A DNA stretch of 64,000 nucleotides from the human T2T-CHM13v2.0 reference genome, Homo sapiens (GCF_009914755.1 NC_060932.1); one strand, 5' to 3'. Positions 1 to 15,525 are shown, numbered from the stretch's first letter. Notes: a model not told the origin generated them from the letters alone. Numbers and translations: made by a program.

Positions 1-431
1 TGGAAGCACAGAGGGAGATGTGCTATTGCTTCCATTTTTATGAATGAGACAGCCAGAGGGAAGCGCTTGGAGGAGCGGGCCACGGCCATGCTGGGAAAGG
101 CTGGAGGCCTCTGACCCTCAGCTTGTGGTTTATTTCCCTGCCTCAGCCACCGCCTCCATCTTGCAGCTGGCTCCCCTTCCCATGCTTGAGGATGTCAGGC
201 CATTTGGATTCTTATTGGCTGGTCTTTCAGATTTTAGTTGGGGATCCAGTGAAAGTGACCCACAACAGAGTTTTGAAGCCATCCAGAATCTCAAATAATC
301 CAAAGTTGCATCTATTTTCTTAAAATTAACTGAATGATGAATGTTGACTTACATGTTCTTTTCATATTTGGGGTGGGGGAGGGGTTGGGAGCAGGAAGAA
401 GACAGAAGCAGCACTGTTTAAAGCAGAAGTC

Positions 432-723
432 GGCCAGGCACAGTGGCTCATGCCTGTCTTAATCCCAGCGGTTTGAGAGGCTGAGGCAGGAGGATCACTT
501 GAGGCCAGGAGTTTGAGACCAGCCTGGGCAACATGGCAAAATTTCGTCTCCACTAAAAATACAAAAATAGGCCAGATGTGAGGACACGCTCCTGTAGTTC
601 CAGATACTTGGGAGGCTGAGGCAGAAGGATCCCTGAGCCCAGGAGTTGGAGGCTGCAGTGAGCTATGATTGCGCCACTGCACTCCAGCCTGGGCAAGACA
701 GCAAGATGCTGTCTCTAAAAAAG
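432..723 (+). mobile_element. Alu, AluJ-like
   Basis: GGCCAGGCACAGTGGCTCA head, dimer with A-rich linker, J-type GGAGGCTGCAGTGAGCTATGATT. Confidence 0.93.
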
Positions 724-2184
724 TGAATAATCTAGGTCAGCACTGTGTCTGCCTTCCAGTGTCAGCACTCTGTCTAAGGAACATTCTGAGTTCAGTCCCT
801 AAGGTTTGTGCCCAGTGCCCTAGAGCTGCCCTATAAATGTCTGGGTGGATCTCTACCCTGTATTTCTCCAAGAGAAGAAAACAATCCTAGCCATATCCCC
901 GGCACTTGTGAGGCGTGTGTCCCTTTGACTTTTCCTGCCTTTCCCTCTCACTGTACCATCCACAAGCAAAGCCTGTTTCCACGGGGCCAAAAGCTGTAAC
1001 AATATTAAGATGTTTTCCTCAACCTTGTCCCCAGAAAGATACTCTGTTTCCAGAAGATTGTTCTCCCTTGGGCATTACATCATGAATTGATTCAGTTCTT
1101 GGAGGAAGAAATTGGACAAAATATAATAGATGACCTCTTGGGGAGACATACTTAGGTTGTTAAGTATTCCCATCAGAAAACTAAGAAACTGCTTATATAT
1201 TACTACTCTGTCCACATTTAAACTTTCACCTTCTTGCAGCTGAGCAGGGTGCTTTTTTCTGTAAGGGTTTTTGTTTTACTGGGGGTCAAAGAGAACATTT
1301 CTCCTTTATTTTTTTAAGGAATACAAGTATTCTTTGTTTTTTGCCATTACCCTCCCTTGGTTTCAGGAGCCGGGGCAGGACACCAGACCCTGGGGCAGGT
1401 TGGGACGCAGCAGCCGCAAAAGGGTGTCCCCTGACCCCCAGATGAGTAGGGAGAAGGGAAAGGGGCTACTGGGGCATCATGGCCATCAGGAAAGGGGCAA
1501 CACTTGTCAAATGTTTGGAAGGGATCACTAAGGTCTTGCAGATAGCATGGCTCCATATGCAGCATCCATGCTGGAGAAGAGGCTCGAGTTCGTCTTTCTT
1601 GGGAACTGGTTCTCAGGGAAAGATGTTAATGACTGATGAAATAACTCCCATCAAATAAACAGTGCAGTAAGAAATGTGGGAGCTGTTTGCTTTTCCAAGT
1701 TGACAAGCTGGAGTGGAGAAGAGACCCAGGAGAACTGGCTGTTTGCGTCTGCTGGCGGCAGATAGTGGTCACTTGGAGGGAAGAGCTGAGAAGCAGGAGG
1801 GACTAAGCAATGAAAGTGACGAACCTTTCATCGCTAAATGCCCATCTAGTGACTGGCAGCTTGCCGGTGTCCAGCGCCTGGCTAACAGATTGAAGGGCCG
1901 GGGGGCGAGTTGGCTGTCTCCTTTGGCAGGATCGTTGAATTGGTAGGGCCGATTTCCTTCGTGGAGGCAGGAGCATTCTCACAATGTCAGCCAGTCTCAG
2001 CGTTGTCTTGTCTTATAAATCTCCAATGGGAATATTAGCACAGCTCCCCAGCTCACTGAAATCTATTCCTCTGTCCTAATAAAAGCCCTGCAGTGGCTCC
2101 AACCAGGCCCCTGAGTCAGCCTCCGGGAGGCCAGCTCCTTTTCTGAGGTGTGCAGGTGAGGAAATGGAAAGCCCCTCTTGGACT

Positions 2185-2297
2185 CTAGTCAGGGGAGATG
2201 CAACGATTGAGGAAATTGGATGAAGGGTACACGGGGCCTCTGCTGTTTTTGCAACTTCCTGTGAATCCATCATTATTTCAAAATCAGTTTTAAAAAG
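2185..2297 (+). mobile_element. Old L1M (L1MC-like) 3' end fragment
   Basis: GAAGGGTACACGGG...GCAACTTCCTGTGAATC...ATTATTTCAAAAT resembles the L1MC 3' terminus. Confidence 0.6.
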
Positions 2298-2446
2298 TAA
2301 TGTGCTTAAAACCACAAAAGTGTGAGCCTCAGTTACTTCATCTGTAAAATGGGAATATTAGTAATGCCTCCTTTATGGGACCTCTATGAAAATAACACAG
2401 ATATTCTGTATTTGTTTTCATCAGACCAGCATCCTATGCCTTGCTC

Positions 2447-2493
2447 ACCTATTCCCTTGATCACAGGGTACCTATTCCCTTGATCACAGGGTA
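2447..2493. repeat. Perfect 23-bp tandem duplication
   Basis: ACCTATTCCCTTGATCACAGGGT x2, read directly. Confidence 0.95.
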
Positions 2494-2625
2494 ACCAAAA
2501 GATGAAAAATATTCCATTGTATTGTTCATCCGCAGTGTCGTCACTGCAGCAGGTGTTCTTCCACATGCCCTCATTTTATGTGACTTCATTATCACACCCA
2601 CATTACTGATAAGGAGCTGAGACTT

Positions 2626-2917
2626 GTTTTTTTAAGAGACAGGGTCTCACTCTGTTCCCCAGGCTGGAGTGCAGTGGCAGGATCATAGCTCACTGTAGCC
2701 TTAAACTCCTGGACTCAAATGTTCCTCCTACCTCAGCCTCTCAGGTAACTAGGACTACAGGCATGTGCCACCATACCCAGCTAGCTTTTTTAAATTTTTG
2801 GTAGAGATGGGGGTCTTGCTATGTTGCCCAGGCTGATCTCAAACTCCTGCCCTCTAACAATTCTCCTGCCTCAGCCTTCCAAAATGGGACTAAAGGCATT
2901 AGTCACTATACCCAGCT
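2626..2917 (-). mobile_element. AluJ inserted into a MIR
   Basis: Antisense Alu dimer; TSD AGCTGAGACTT; MIR core continues on both sides. Confidence 0.9.
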
Positions 2918-3514
2918 GGAAGCTGAGACTTTTAAGAGGTCATGTGACCTGCCCAAAGTCTCAGAGCTGGTCAGTGGCTGAGCTGGAATTAGGAGTCTCT
3001 CTTCCCCTCAAGTTGATTCTCCTTTGATGAAAATGCTGTACCTGGAGAGGCAATGATTTGGAGGCTGTGAAAGAGGAGAATCGAGTCTCATCCAGAAAGA
3101 TAAGAGTTCTGTGCAAGACCTGCCAATGTCCTCAGAAATGGAGAGCCGCCCTCACTACGTGATTGGAGATACAATGACCATGTCTTGGCTCCACTGGAGG
3201 GATGTGTTTCCCCTTCCAGTCTTACTCTCCTGTCCGTAAGCCATAGCCTCATCCTGCATTTCTTCCAAAGGAATCCATCCCATTAGTACACACATGTCAA
3301 CTACTGCAGAGCCCACTGCATTCCTTACTCCTAATTTAGATTTGTCTTGATCACATTGTGAGGAGGTTATATGGATCTAGCAAGGTCATTTTTTGTGTCA
3401 TCCTCTATTGAATACACTACTTTTGGCTAAAAATTTAAATCAGCCTATCCATAGCCTTGTTCTAGCTTGTCCCTAGCCATGGAAATCAAATACCATCCAT
3501 GTATCTTTTCACCA

Positions 3515-4249
<735 letters not shown>

Positions 4250-4790
4250 CACCCAAAGTGTGTCTACCTATGGCTTGGCAGGAGAGGTCAGGTGTGTGTG
4301 TCAGCAAATGACAGGAAGATTGCCAGGAAGTTCTCTCTAGAGTCTGGTAAAAGAACAGCTTCTGTCAGGAAGTCTTACCCTGTTCTTAGGACAGTTGTAG
4401 GGATAATCTGAGTTTAACAGCCCTCCCTCCATCCTGGGCACCTTAATTCCAGGAAGAGACAGGTCTGTACTCTGGGCAGCTGTTGGCATTTCTGTTGGGA
4501 GGTCTGGAGGGGAAACTGGCACAGGTCCTGTGTTGGGGGCTTAGGACAGCAAGTGCCAAAAGAAATCTTTATTAAGTGATAACTAATTACCAGATGGTGA
4601 GTAGAATGTAATTGTAGTTGGTACGCTGAAGTTGTGAGACTTGTTAAGAGATTTCTCCAGCTCCTTGCTCTAGTTCTACAAAGAAATTTTGGGGAGAGAA
4701 TGGGAATCCCCTCCTGTAGGAGTTAATTTCCAAACCTGGGGAAAGCTACCCTCCTTTCCCCAATAGCTTTTCCAAAGAATCAATGATTTA

Positions 4791-5075
<285 letters not shown>

Positions 5076-5107
5076 CAATTAATCAGTCAATATAAAAATA
5101 AATCAAT

Positions 5108-5410
5108 GGCCGGGCACGGTGGCTCACGCCTGTAATCCCAGCACTTTGGGAGGCTGAGGCAGGCGGATCACAAGGTCAAGTGATCGAGACCATCCTGGCT
5201 TACACAGTGAAACCCCATCTCTACCAAAAATACAAAAAAATTAGCCGGGCGTAGTGGCGGGCACCTGTAGTCCCAGCTACTTGGAAGGCTGAGGCAGCAG
5301 AATGGCGTGAGTCCGGGAGGCGGAACTTGCAGTGAGCCGAGATGCGCCACTGCACTCCAGCCTGGGTGACAGAGCGAGACTCCGTCTCTAAATAAATAAA
5401 TAAATGAATA
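5108..5410 (+). mobile_element. AluY/Sc-like
   Basis: GAGACCATCCTGGCT, AATGGCGTGA diagnostics; (TAAA)n tail. Confidence 0.93.
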
Positions 5411-5714
<304 letters not shown>

Positions 5715-7245
5715 TTAATTAATTAAATGTAAACATATAAAAGAAATGAATAAAAAACTTTTATTTCAGTTATACCCCATTTCACTTGCAAATGTTCCTG
5801 TGACAGTAAAACATCAAATTATAAAATTTCAAGATATCTTGTTTTGTACTTGTAGTTGGGATTTGCAGTACTTGACCATTATATAACATTACAAAATGAT
5901 CTGATGGCTGGCAAGATGGCCGAATAGGAACAGCTCCAGTCTGCAGCTCCGAGCGAGATCAATGCAGAAGGTGGGTGATTTCTGCATTTCCAGCTGAGGT
6001 TCATCTCACTGGGACTGGTTAGACAGTGGGTGCAGCCCATGGAGGATGAGCTGAAGCAGGGTATGGCGTTGCCTCACCCAGGAAGTGCAAGGGGTTGTGG
6101 ACCTCCTTCCCCTAGCCAAAGGAAGCAGTGAGGGACTGTGCCATGAGGAACGGTGCACTCAGGCCCAGATACTATGCTTTTCCCATGGTCTTTGCAACCC
6201 ACAGACCAGGAGATTCCCTCGGGTGCCTATACCACCAGGGCCCTGTGTTTCAAGCACAAAACTGGGTAGCCATTTGGGCAGACACCGAGCTAGCTGCAGG
6301 AGTTTTTTTTTTTTTTTTTTGTATCCCAGTAGTGCCTGGAATGCCAGCGAGATAGAACCATTCACTCCCCTGGAAAGAGCGCTGAAGCCAGGCAGCCAAG
6401 TGGTCTTGCTCAGCGGACCCCACCCCTACAGAGCCCAGCAAGCTAAGATCCACTGGCTTGAAATTCTCACTGCCAGCACAGCAGTCCGAAGTCAACCCGG
6501 GATGCTGTAGCTTGGTGGGGGGATGGACGTCCACCATTACTGAGGATTGAATAGGTGGTTTTCCCCTCACAGTTTAAACAAAGCTGCCTCAAAGTTCAAA
6601 CTGGGTGGAGCCCACCCCAGTGCTGCAAAGCCACTGTAGCCAGACTGCCTCTGTAGATTCCTCCTCTCTGGGCAGGGCATCTCTGAGAGAAAGGCAGCAG
6701 CCCCATCAGGGGCTTATAAATAAAACTCCCATCTCCCTGGGACAGAGCACTTGGGGGAACAGGTGGCTGTGGGTGCAGCTTCAGCAGACTTAAATGTTCC
6801 TGCCTGCCAGCTCTGAAGAGAGCAGCAGATCTCCCAGCATGGCACTCAAGCTCTGCTAAGGGACAGACTGCCTTCTCGAGTGGGTCCCTGACCCCCATTC
6901 ATCCTGACTGGGAGACACCTCCCAGCAGGCGTCGACAGGCACTTCATAGAGGAGCACTCCAGGTGGCATCTGGCAGGTGGCCCTCTGGGACCAAGTTTCC
7001 AGAGGAAGGAACAGGCAGCAATCTTTGCTGTTCTGCAACTTCTGCTGGTGATACCCAGGCAAAGAGGGTCTGGAGTGGATATCAAGCAAACTCCAGCAGA
7101 CCTGCAGCAGAGGGGCCTGACTGTTAGAAGGAAAACCAACAAACAGAAAGGAATAGCATCAACATCAACAAAAAAGAACATCCACTCAAAAACCCCGTCT
7201 GAAGGTCAGCAACATAAAAGACCAAAAGTAGATAAATCCACGACA

Positions 7246-8284
7246 ATGAGGAAAAACCAGCGCAAAAAGGCTGAAAATTCCAAAAACCAGAATGCCTCTC
7301 TCCTCCAAAGAATTACAGCTCCTCTACAACAAGGGAACAAAATTGGACGGAGAATGAGTTTGACAAATTGAGAGAAGTAGGCTTCAGAAGGTGGCTAATA
7401 ACAAACTCCTCCAAACTAAAGAAGCATGTTCTAACCCAATGCAAGGAAGCTAAGGACCTTGAAAAAGGTTAGAGGAATTGCTAACTAGAATAGCTAGTTT
7501 AGAGAGGAACATAAATGACCTGATGGAGATGAAAAACACAGCACGAGAACTTCGCAAAGCATACACAAGTATCAATAGCCAAATCGATCAAGTGGAAGAA
7601 AGGATATCAGAGATTAAAGATCAACTTAATGAAATAAAGCATGAAGACAAGATTAGAGAAAAAAGAATGAAAGGGAATGAGAAAAGCCTCCAAGAAATAT
7701 GGGACTATGTGAAAAGACCAAACCTATGTTTGATTGTACCTGAAAGTGACGGGGAGAATGGAACCAAGTTGGAAAACACTCTGCAGGATGTTATACAGGA
7801 AAACTTCCCCAGCCTAGCAAGACAGGCCAACATTCAAATTCAGGAAACACAGAGAACACCACAAAGATACTCCTCGAGAAGAGCAATCCCAAGACACATA
7901 AACGTCAGATTCACCAAGGTCAAAATGAAGGAAAAAATGTTAAGGGCAGCCAGAGAGAAAGGTCGGGTTACCCACAAAGGGAAGCCCATCAGACTAAAAG
8001 CGGATCTCCCTGCAGAAACCCTGCAAGCCAGAAGAGATTGGGGGCCAATATTCAACATTCATAAAGAAAAGAATTTTCAACCCAGAATTTCATATCCAGC
8101 CAAACTAAGCTTCATAAGTGAAGCAGAAATAAAATCCTTTACAGACAAGCAAATGCTGAGAGATTTTGTCACCACCAGGCCTGCCTTACAAGAGCTCCTG
8201 AAGGAAGCACTAAATATGGAAAAGAAAAACTGGTACCAACCACTGCAAAAACATACCAAATTGTACAGTCCATCAATACTATGA
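7246..8284 (+). pseudogene. L1 ORF1p remnant (frameshifted)
   Basis: MRKNQRKKAENSKNQ start; ORF 7478-8284 contains QEIWDYVKRPNL and FQPRISYPAKLSF; split across frames. Confidence 0.92.
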
Positions 8285-9227
8285 AGAAACCGCATTAACT
8301 AATGAGCAAAATAACCAAGTAGCATGATAATGACCAGATCAAATTCACACATAACAATATTAACCTTAAATGTAAACAGGCTAAATGCCCCAATTAAAAG
8401 ACACAGACCAGGAAATTGGATAAAGAGTCAAGACCCATCAGTGTGCTGTATTCAGGAGACCCATCTCATGTGAAAAGACACACATAGGCTCAAAATAAAG
8501 GGATGGAGGAATATTTACCAAGGAAATGGAAAGCAAAAAATAAAAAAAAAGCAGGGGTTGCAATCCTAGTCTCTGATAAAAGAGACTTTAAACCAACAAA
8601 GATAAAAAAAGACAAAGAAGGGCATTACATAGTGGTAAAGGGATCAATGCAACAGGAAGAGCTAACTATCCTAAATATATATGCACCCAATATAGGAGCA
8701 CCCAGATTCATAAGCAAATTCTTAAGAGACCTACAAAGAAACTTAGACTCCCACACAATAATAGCGGGAGACTTTAACACCCCACTGTCAATATTAGACA
8801 GATCAATGAGACAGAAAATTAACAAGGCTATTCAGGACTTGAACTCAGCTCTGGACCAAGCAGACCTAATAGACATCTACAGAACTCTCCACCCCCCAAA
8901 AACAGAATATACATTCTTCTCATCATCACCTCACACTTATTCTAAAATTGACCACATAATTTGAAGTAAAACACTCCTCAGCAAATGCAAAATAATGGAA
9001 ATTGTAACAAACAGTCTCTCAGACCACAGTGCAATCAAATTAGAACTCAGGATTAAGAAACTTACTCAAAACTGTACAACTACATGGAAACCAAACAACC
9101 TGCTCCTGAATGACTACTGGGTAAATAATGAAATTAAGGCAGAAGTAGCACTAAATTCCCACAGGAGAAGGCAGGAAAGATCTAAAATCGACACCCTAAC
9201 ATCACAATTGAAAGAACTAGAGAAGGA

Positions 9228-9541
<314 letters not shown>

Positions 9542-10160
9542 AGAGAAGCAAGAGCAAACAAATTCAAAAGCTAGCAGAAGACAAGAAATAACTTAGAGCA
9601 GAACTGAAGGAGATAGAGACCAAAAAACACCTTCAAAAAAATCTATGAATCCAGGAGCTGGTTTTTTGAAAAGATTAACAAAATAGACCGCTAGCCAGAC
9701 TAATGAGGAAGAAAAGAGAGAAGAATCAAATAGACACAATAAAAAATGATAAAGGGAGTATTACCACTGATCCCACAGAAATACAAACTACCATCAGAGA
9801 ATACTATAAACACCTCTACTCAAATAAACTAGAAAATCTAGAAGAAATGGATAAATTCCTGTACATATACAACCTTCCAAGACCAAACCAGGAAGAAGTC
9901 AAATCACTGAATAGACCAATAACAAGTTCTGAAATTGAAGCAGTAATTAATAGCCTGCCAACCAAAAAAAAAAAAAGCCCAGAACTAGACAAATTCCCAG
10001 CCGAATTCTACCAGAGGTACAAAGAGGAGCTGGTACCATTCCTTCTGAAACTGTTCCAAACAATAGAAAAAGAGAGACTCCTTCCCAACTCATTTTATGA
10101 GGCCAGCATCATCCTGATACCAAAACCTGGCAGAGACACAACAACAAAAGAATTTCAGGC

Positions 10161-10460
10161 AGCCAGGTGCGATGGCTCACACCTGCAATCCCAGCACTTT
10201 GGGAGGCTGAGGCCGGAGGATTACAAGGTCAGTAGATCAAGACCAACCTGGCTAACACAGTGAAACCCTATCTCTACTAAAAATACAAAAAAGTAGCTGG
10301 ACGTGGTGGCGTGCACCTGTAGTCCCAGCTACTCAGGAGGCTGAGGCAGGAGAATGGAGTGAACCCGGGAGGCAGAGCTTACAGTGGGCCGAGATCGTGC
10401 CACTGCACTCCAGCCTGGGCGACAGAGCAAGACTCCATCTCAAGAAAAAAAAAAAAAAAA
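10161..10460 (+). mobile_element. AluSc/Y inside L1 ORF2
   Basis: TSD AAAAGAATTTCAGGC. Confidence 0.95.
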
Positions 10461-10762
10461 GAATTTCAGGCCAGTATTCCTGATGAACACCGATGCGAAA
10501 ATCCTCAATAAAATACTGGCAAACCAAATCCAGCAGCACATCAAAAAGCTTATCCACCAAATCGGCTTCATCCCTGGGATGCAAGGCTGGTTCAACATAT
10601 CCAAATCAATAAACATAATCCATCACATAAACAGAACCAATGACAAAAATCACATGATTATCTCAACAGATGCAGAAAAGGCCTTTGATAAAATTTAACA
10701 CCCCTTCATGCTAAAAGCTCACAATAAACTAGGTATTGATGGAACATATCTCAAAATAATAA

Positions 10763-10921
<159 letters not shown>

Positions 10922-12891
10922 TAAATAAAGCGTATTCAAATAGGAAGAGAGGAAGTCAAATTGTCTCTGTTTGCAGATGACATGACTGTATATTTAGGAA
11001 ACCCCATTGTCTCAACCCAAAATCTTCCTGAGCTGATAAGCAACTTCAGCAAAGTCTCAGGATACAAAATCAATGTGCAAAAATCACAAGCATTCCTATA
11101 CACCAATAATAGAGAGCCAAATCATGAGTGAACTCCCATTTACAATTTTTACAAAGAGAATAAAATACCTAGGAGTACAACTTACAAGGGATGTGAAGGA
11201 CCTCTTCAAGGAGAACTACAAACCACTGCTCAAGGAAATAAGAGAGGACACAAACAAATGGAAAAACATTCCATGCTCATGGATAGGAAGAATCAATATC
11301 GTGAAAATGGCAATACTGCCCAAAGTAATTCATAGATAGATTCAATGCTATCCCCATCAAGCTACCATTGACTTTCTTCACAGAATTAGAAAAAACTACT
11401 TTAAATTTCATATGGAACCAAAAAACAGCCCTCATAGCCAACACAATCCTAAGCAAAAAGAACAAAGCTGGACGCATCATGCTACCTGACTTCAAACTAT
11501 ACTACAAGGCTACAGTAACCAAAACAGCAGGTAACATACAGTAACCAAAACAGATATACAGACCAATAGAACAGAACAGAGGCCTCAGAAATAACACCAC
11601 TCATCTACAACCAGCTGATCTTTGACAAACCTGATAAAAACAAGCAATAGGGAAAGGATTCCCTATTTAATAAATGGTGTTGGGAAAACTGGCTAGCCAT
11701 ATGCAGAAAACTGAAACTGGACCCCTTCCTTACACCTTATACAAAAATTAACTCAAGATGTATTAAATACTTAAATGTAAGACCTAAAACCATAAAAACC
11801 CTAGAAGAAAACCTAGGCTATACCATTCAGGACGTAGGCATGGGCAAAGACTTCATGAGTAAAACACCAAAAGCAATGTCAACAAAAGCCAAAATTGACA
11901 AATGGGATCTACTGAGCTTCTGCACAGCAAAAGAAACTATCATCAGAGTGAACAGGCAACCTACAGAAGGGGAGAAAATTTTTGCAATCTATCCATCTGA
12001 CAAAGGGCTAATATCCAAAATCTACAGGAACTTAAACAAATTTACAAGAATAAACAACCACATCAAAATGTGGGCAAAGGATATGAACAGGCACTTCTCA
12101 AGAGAAGACATTTATGCAGCCAACAAACATATGAAGAAAAGCTCGTCATCACTGGTCATTAGAGAAATGCAAATCAAAACCACAGTGAGATACCATCTCA
12201 TGCCAGTTAGAATGGCCATCATTAAAAAGTCAGGAAAGAACAGATGCTGGAGAGGATGTGGAGAAACAGGAACACTTTTACACTTGGTGGGAGTGTAAAT
12301 TAGGTCAACCGTTGTGGAAGATAGTGTGGCGACCCCTCAAGGATCTAGAACTAGAAATACCATTTGACCCAGCAATCTCATTACTGGCTATACACCCAAA
12401 GGATTATAAATCATTCTACTATAAAGACACATGCACATGTATGTTTATTGTGGCACTGTTCACAATAGCAAGGACTTGGAACCAACCCAAATGCCCATCA
12501 GTGATAGACTGGATAAAGGAAATGTGGCATATATACACCATGGAATACTATACAGCCATAAAAAACGATGAGTTCATGTCCTTTGCCAGGACATGGATGA
12601 AGCTGGAAACCGTCATTCTCAGCAAATTAACACAAGAATAGAAAACCAAACACCACACGTTCTCACTCATAAGTGGTAGTTGAACAATGAGAACACATGG
12701 ACACAGGGAGGGGAACATCACACACTGGGGCCTGTCGGGGGGTGAGGGGCTAGGGGAGGGATAGCATTAGGCGAAATACCTAATGTAGATGACAGGTTGA
12801 TGGGTGCAGCAAACCACCATGGCACATGTATACCTTTGTAACAAAACTGCATGTTCTGCACACATACCCCAGAACTTAAAGTATAATAAAA

Positions 12892-14035
12892 GTTCTTTAT
12901 AGATTCTGTATATGAGACCTTTGTTGGATGCATGGTTTGTGAATATTTTTTCCCATTCTGTAGGTTGTTTGTTTACTCTGTTGATAGTTTCTTTTGCTGT
13001 ACAGAAGCTCTTTAGTTTGATTAGGTCCCACTTGTCCATTTTTGTAATTGCTTTTGAGGGCTTTGTCATAAATTCTTTGCCAAGGCTGATGTCTAGAATG
13101 GTGTTTTGTAAGTTTTCTTCTAGGATTCTTATAGTTCGAGATCTTACATTTAAATCTTTAATCCATCTTGAGTTAATTTTTGTATAAAGTGAAAAGTAGG
13201 GTTCCAGTTTCATTCTTCTGCCTATGGCTGGCCAGCTATCCCAGCACCATTTATTGAGTAGGAAGTCCTTTCTCCATTGCTTATTTTTGTCAACTTTGTT
13301 GAAGATCAGATGGCCATAGGCATGCAGCTTTATTTCGGGGTTCTCTACTCTGTTCCAGTGGTCTATGTGTCTGTTTTTGTACCAGTACCATGCTTTTTGG
13401 GTTACTGTAACATATATAGTATAGATTGAAGTTGGGTAATTTGATGTCTCCCACTTTATTCTTTTTGCTTAGGATTGCTTTGACTATTTGGGCTCTTTTT
13501 TGGTTCCATGTGAATTTTAGAATAGCCTTTTCTAGTTCTGTGAAAAATAACAATGGTAGTTTAATAGGAATAATGTTGAATCTGTAGATTGTTTTGGGTA
13601 GTATGGCCACTTTAATGATATTGATTCTTTTAATTCCTAAGCATGGAATTTTTCCATTTGTACGTGTCATCTATGATTTCTTTCAGCAGTGTTTTTTCTC
13701 CTTGTAGAGATCTTTCACCTACTTGGTTAGATGTGTTCATACAGACTCTATTTTGTGTGTGCGGCTGTTGGAAATGGGATTCTGTTCTTGATTTGCCTCT
13801 GAGTTTGACCATTATTTGGTGTGTAGAAATGCCACTGATTTTACTTCAGTAAAATCTTCAGTAGAAACTTCAGTAAAGTTGTTTATCAGTTCCAAGAGCC
13901 TTTTGGTGGAGTCTTTAAGTTTTTCTAGGTATAGAATCATATCATCAGTGAGGAGAGATAGTGTGACCTCTTCTTTTCCTATTTGGATGTGTTTTATTTC
14001 TTTCTCTTGCCTGATTCCTCTGGCTGGGACTTCCT
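12892..14035 (-). mobile_element. Older L1 (L1PB-like) ORF2 fragment, truncated at both ends
   Basis: Minus-strand ORFs give [30 protein letters not shown] and [15 protein letters not shown]; no 3'UTR or tail. Confidence 0.9.
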
Positions 14036-14069
14036 GCTTAATCCTTTTGAAATAGTAACCAATGGAACT

Positions 14070-14305
14070 TCTGTGAGTTGAGAGTGTGGGATCTTAGGTT
14101 AGACCTAAGTGTAAATCTCAGTGCCTCAGTTACTGTGGTGTTTGCTAATTTATTTAACTTCCCTGAGCCTCAATTGTCACATCTGTAAAATGAGGATAGT
14201 CGTAGTATTTTTCTCTTACAGTTATTGTAGGTGTTGAATTATGTGGTGATAATGTATGTAAAGTTCCTTGTTTGGTATTTGGTACGTGACGGGAATGCAA
14301 TAAGG
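14070..14305 (+). mobile_element. MIR
   Basis: TTTAACTTCCCTGAGCCTCAATT...CATCTGTAAAATGAGGATA core. Confidence 0.75.
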
Positions 14306-14513
14306 TTACATTAATTTTTTACCTTTTAGTCTGACATAATTTTATCCTTCAAGAAAAGTTACAGGAATAGTACAAAAAGATTCCCCAAATATTAGCATTT
14401 TACTTTATTTGCTTTCTCTCTTTCTCTCCATATATCTAGCTAGATATATGGATTTTTCTGAGCAATTTAAGTAAAGTTGTAGGCATGATCCCTCTTTACC
14501 CCTAAATATTTCA

Positions 14514-14800
14514 GGCTGGGCATGGTGGGTCAAGCCTGTAATCCCAGCATTTTGGGACATTGAGGCAAGCAAATCACTTGAGGTCAGGAGTTCAAGACCA
14601 GCCTGGGCAACATGGTGAAACCCCATCTCTACTAAAACTACAAAAATTAGCCACACATGGTTGCACATGCCTGTAATCTCAGCTACTTGCTGAGGCAGAA
14701 GAATCACTTGAACCCAGAGGCAGAGGTTGCAGTGAGCTGAGATCCCATCACTGTACTCCAGCCTGGGCAACACAGTGAGTCTCAAAACAAAACAAAAAAA
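14514..14800 (+). mobile_element. AluS/Jb within an old L1M fragment
   Basis: Alu dimer; flanks TTTACCCCTAAATA / CTTCAGTGTATATTTCCTAA are L1M-like. Confidence 0.9.
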
Positions 14801-14954
14801 CTTCAGTGTATATTTCCTAAAAATAAGAGATGACCTACTTAAACTGATTACTTATTTAAGGTATTGTAATTATTGCAGTTATTACAGTGAAAGTACTTGA
14901 AGCAGTTCCACAGTGTTTCTCTAACTCAAATTCACATTACGATCAAAGTTAAGT

Positions 14955-15170
14955 TTACTGAATGCATATTATGTGCCCGGCATAGTGCTAGATGCTCTGA
15001 AAAATATTCTGTTGACTTTTCTCAACAGCCCAGTGAAGCAGCAGATTAGTAACTCCACTTTGCAGAACATAACAACTAAGACTCAAGGAAGTTAGTAAAT
15101 TGCCCAAAGGACTTCAGTGAAGTGGTGAACTGGGATTTGAACCCAATTCACTCTAGTAAAAATGGTGCCC
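14955..15170 (-). mobile_element. MIR
   Basis: TTGCCCAA...GAACTGGGATTTGAACCCA motif. Confidence 0.7.
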
Positions 15171-15222
15171 TTTCTTGCCTAATAGATTGACAGCCACATT
15201 CTGCTATAAAAATGAGAAAACT

Positions 15223-15525
15223 GGCCAGGCGCGGTGGCTTATGCCGTAATCCCAGCACTTTGGGAGGCCGAGGTGGGCAGATCACCTGAGGTCAGGAGTT
15301 CGAGACCAGCCTGGCCTACATGGAGTAGCCCCGTCTGTACTAAAAATACAAAAATTAGCCGGGAGTGGTGGCGGGTGCCTGTAATCCCAGCTACTCAGGA
15401 GGCTTGAGGCAGGAGAATCGCTTGAACCTGGGCAGCAGAGATTGCAGCGAGCTGAGATTGCGCCACTGCACTCCAGCCTTGGCGACAGAGCAAGACTCCA
15501 TCTCAATTAAAAAAAGAGAGAGAGA
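15223..15525 (+). mobile_element. AluSx-like
   Basis: Dimer, (AG)n tail; TSD GAGAAAACT. Confidence 0.95.

Noticed and set aside
1836-1862. CTCF-like motif (minus strand GTCACTAGATGGGCA)
   Set aside because: Deviates from the core consensus at key positions; cannot be supported without PWM scoring or ChIP data.
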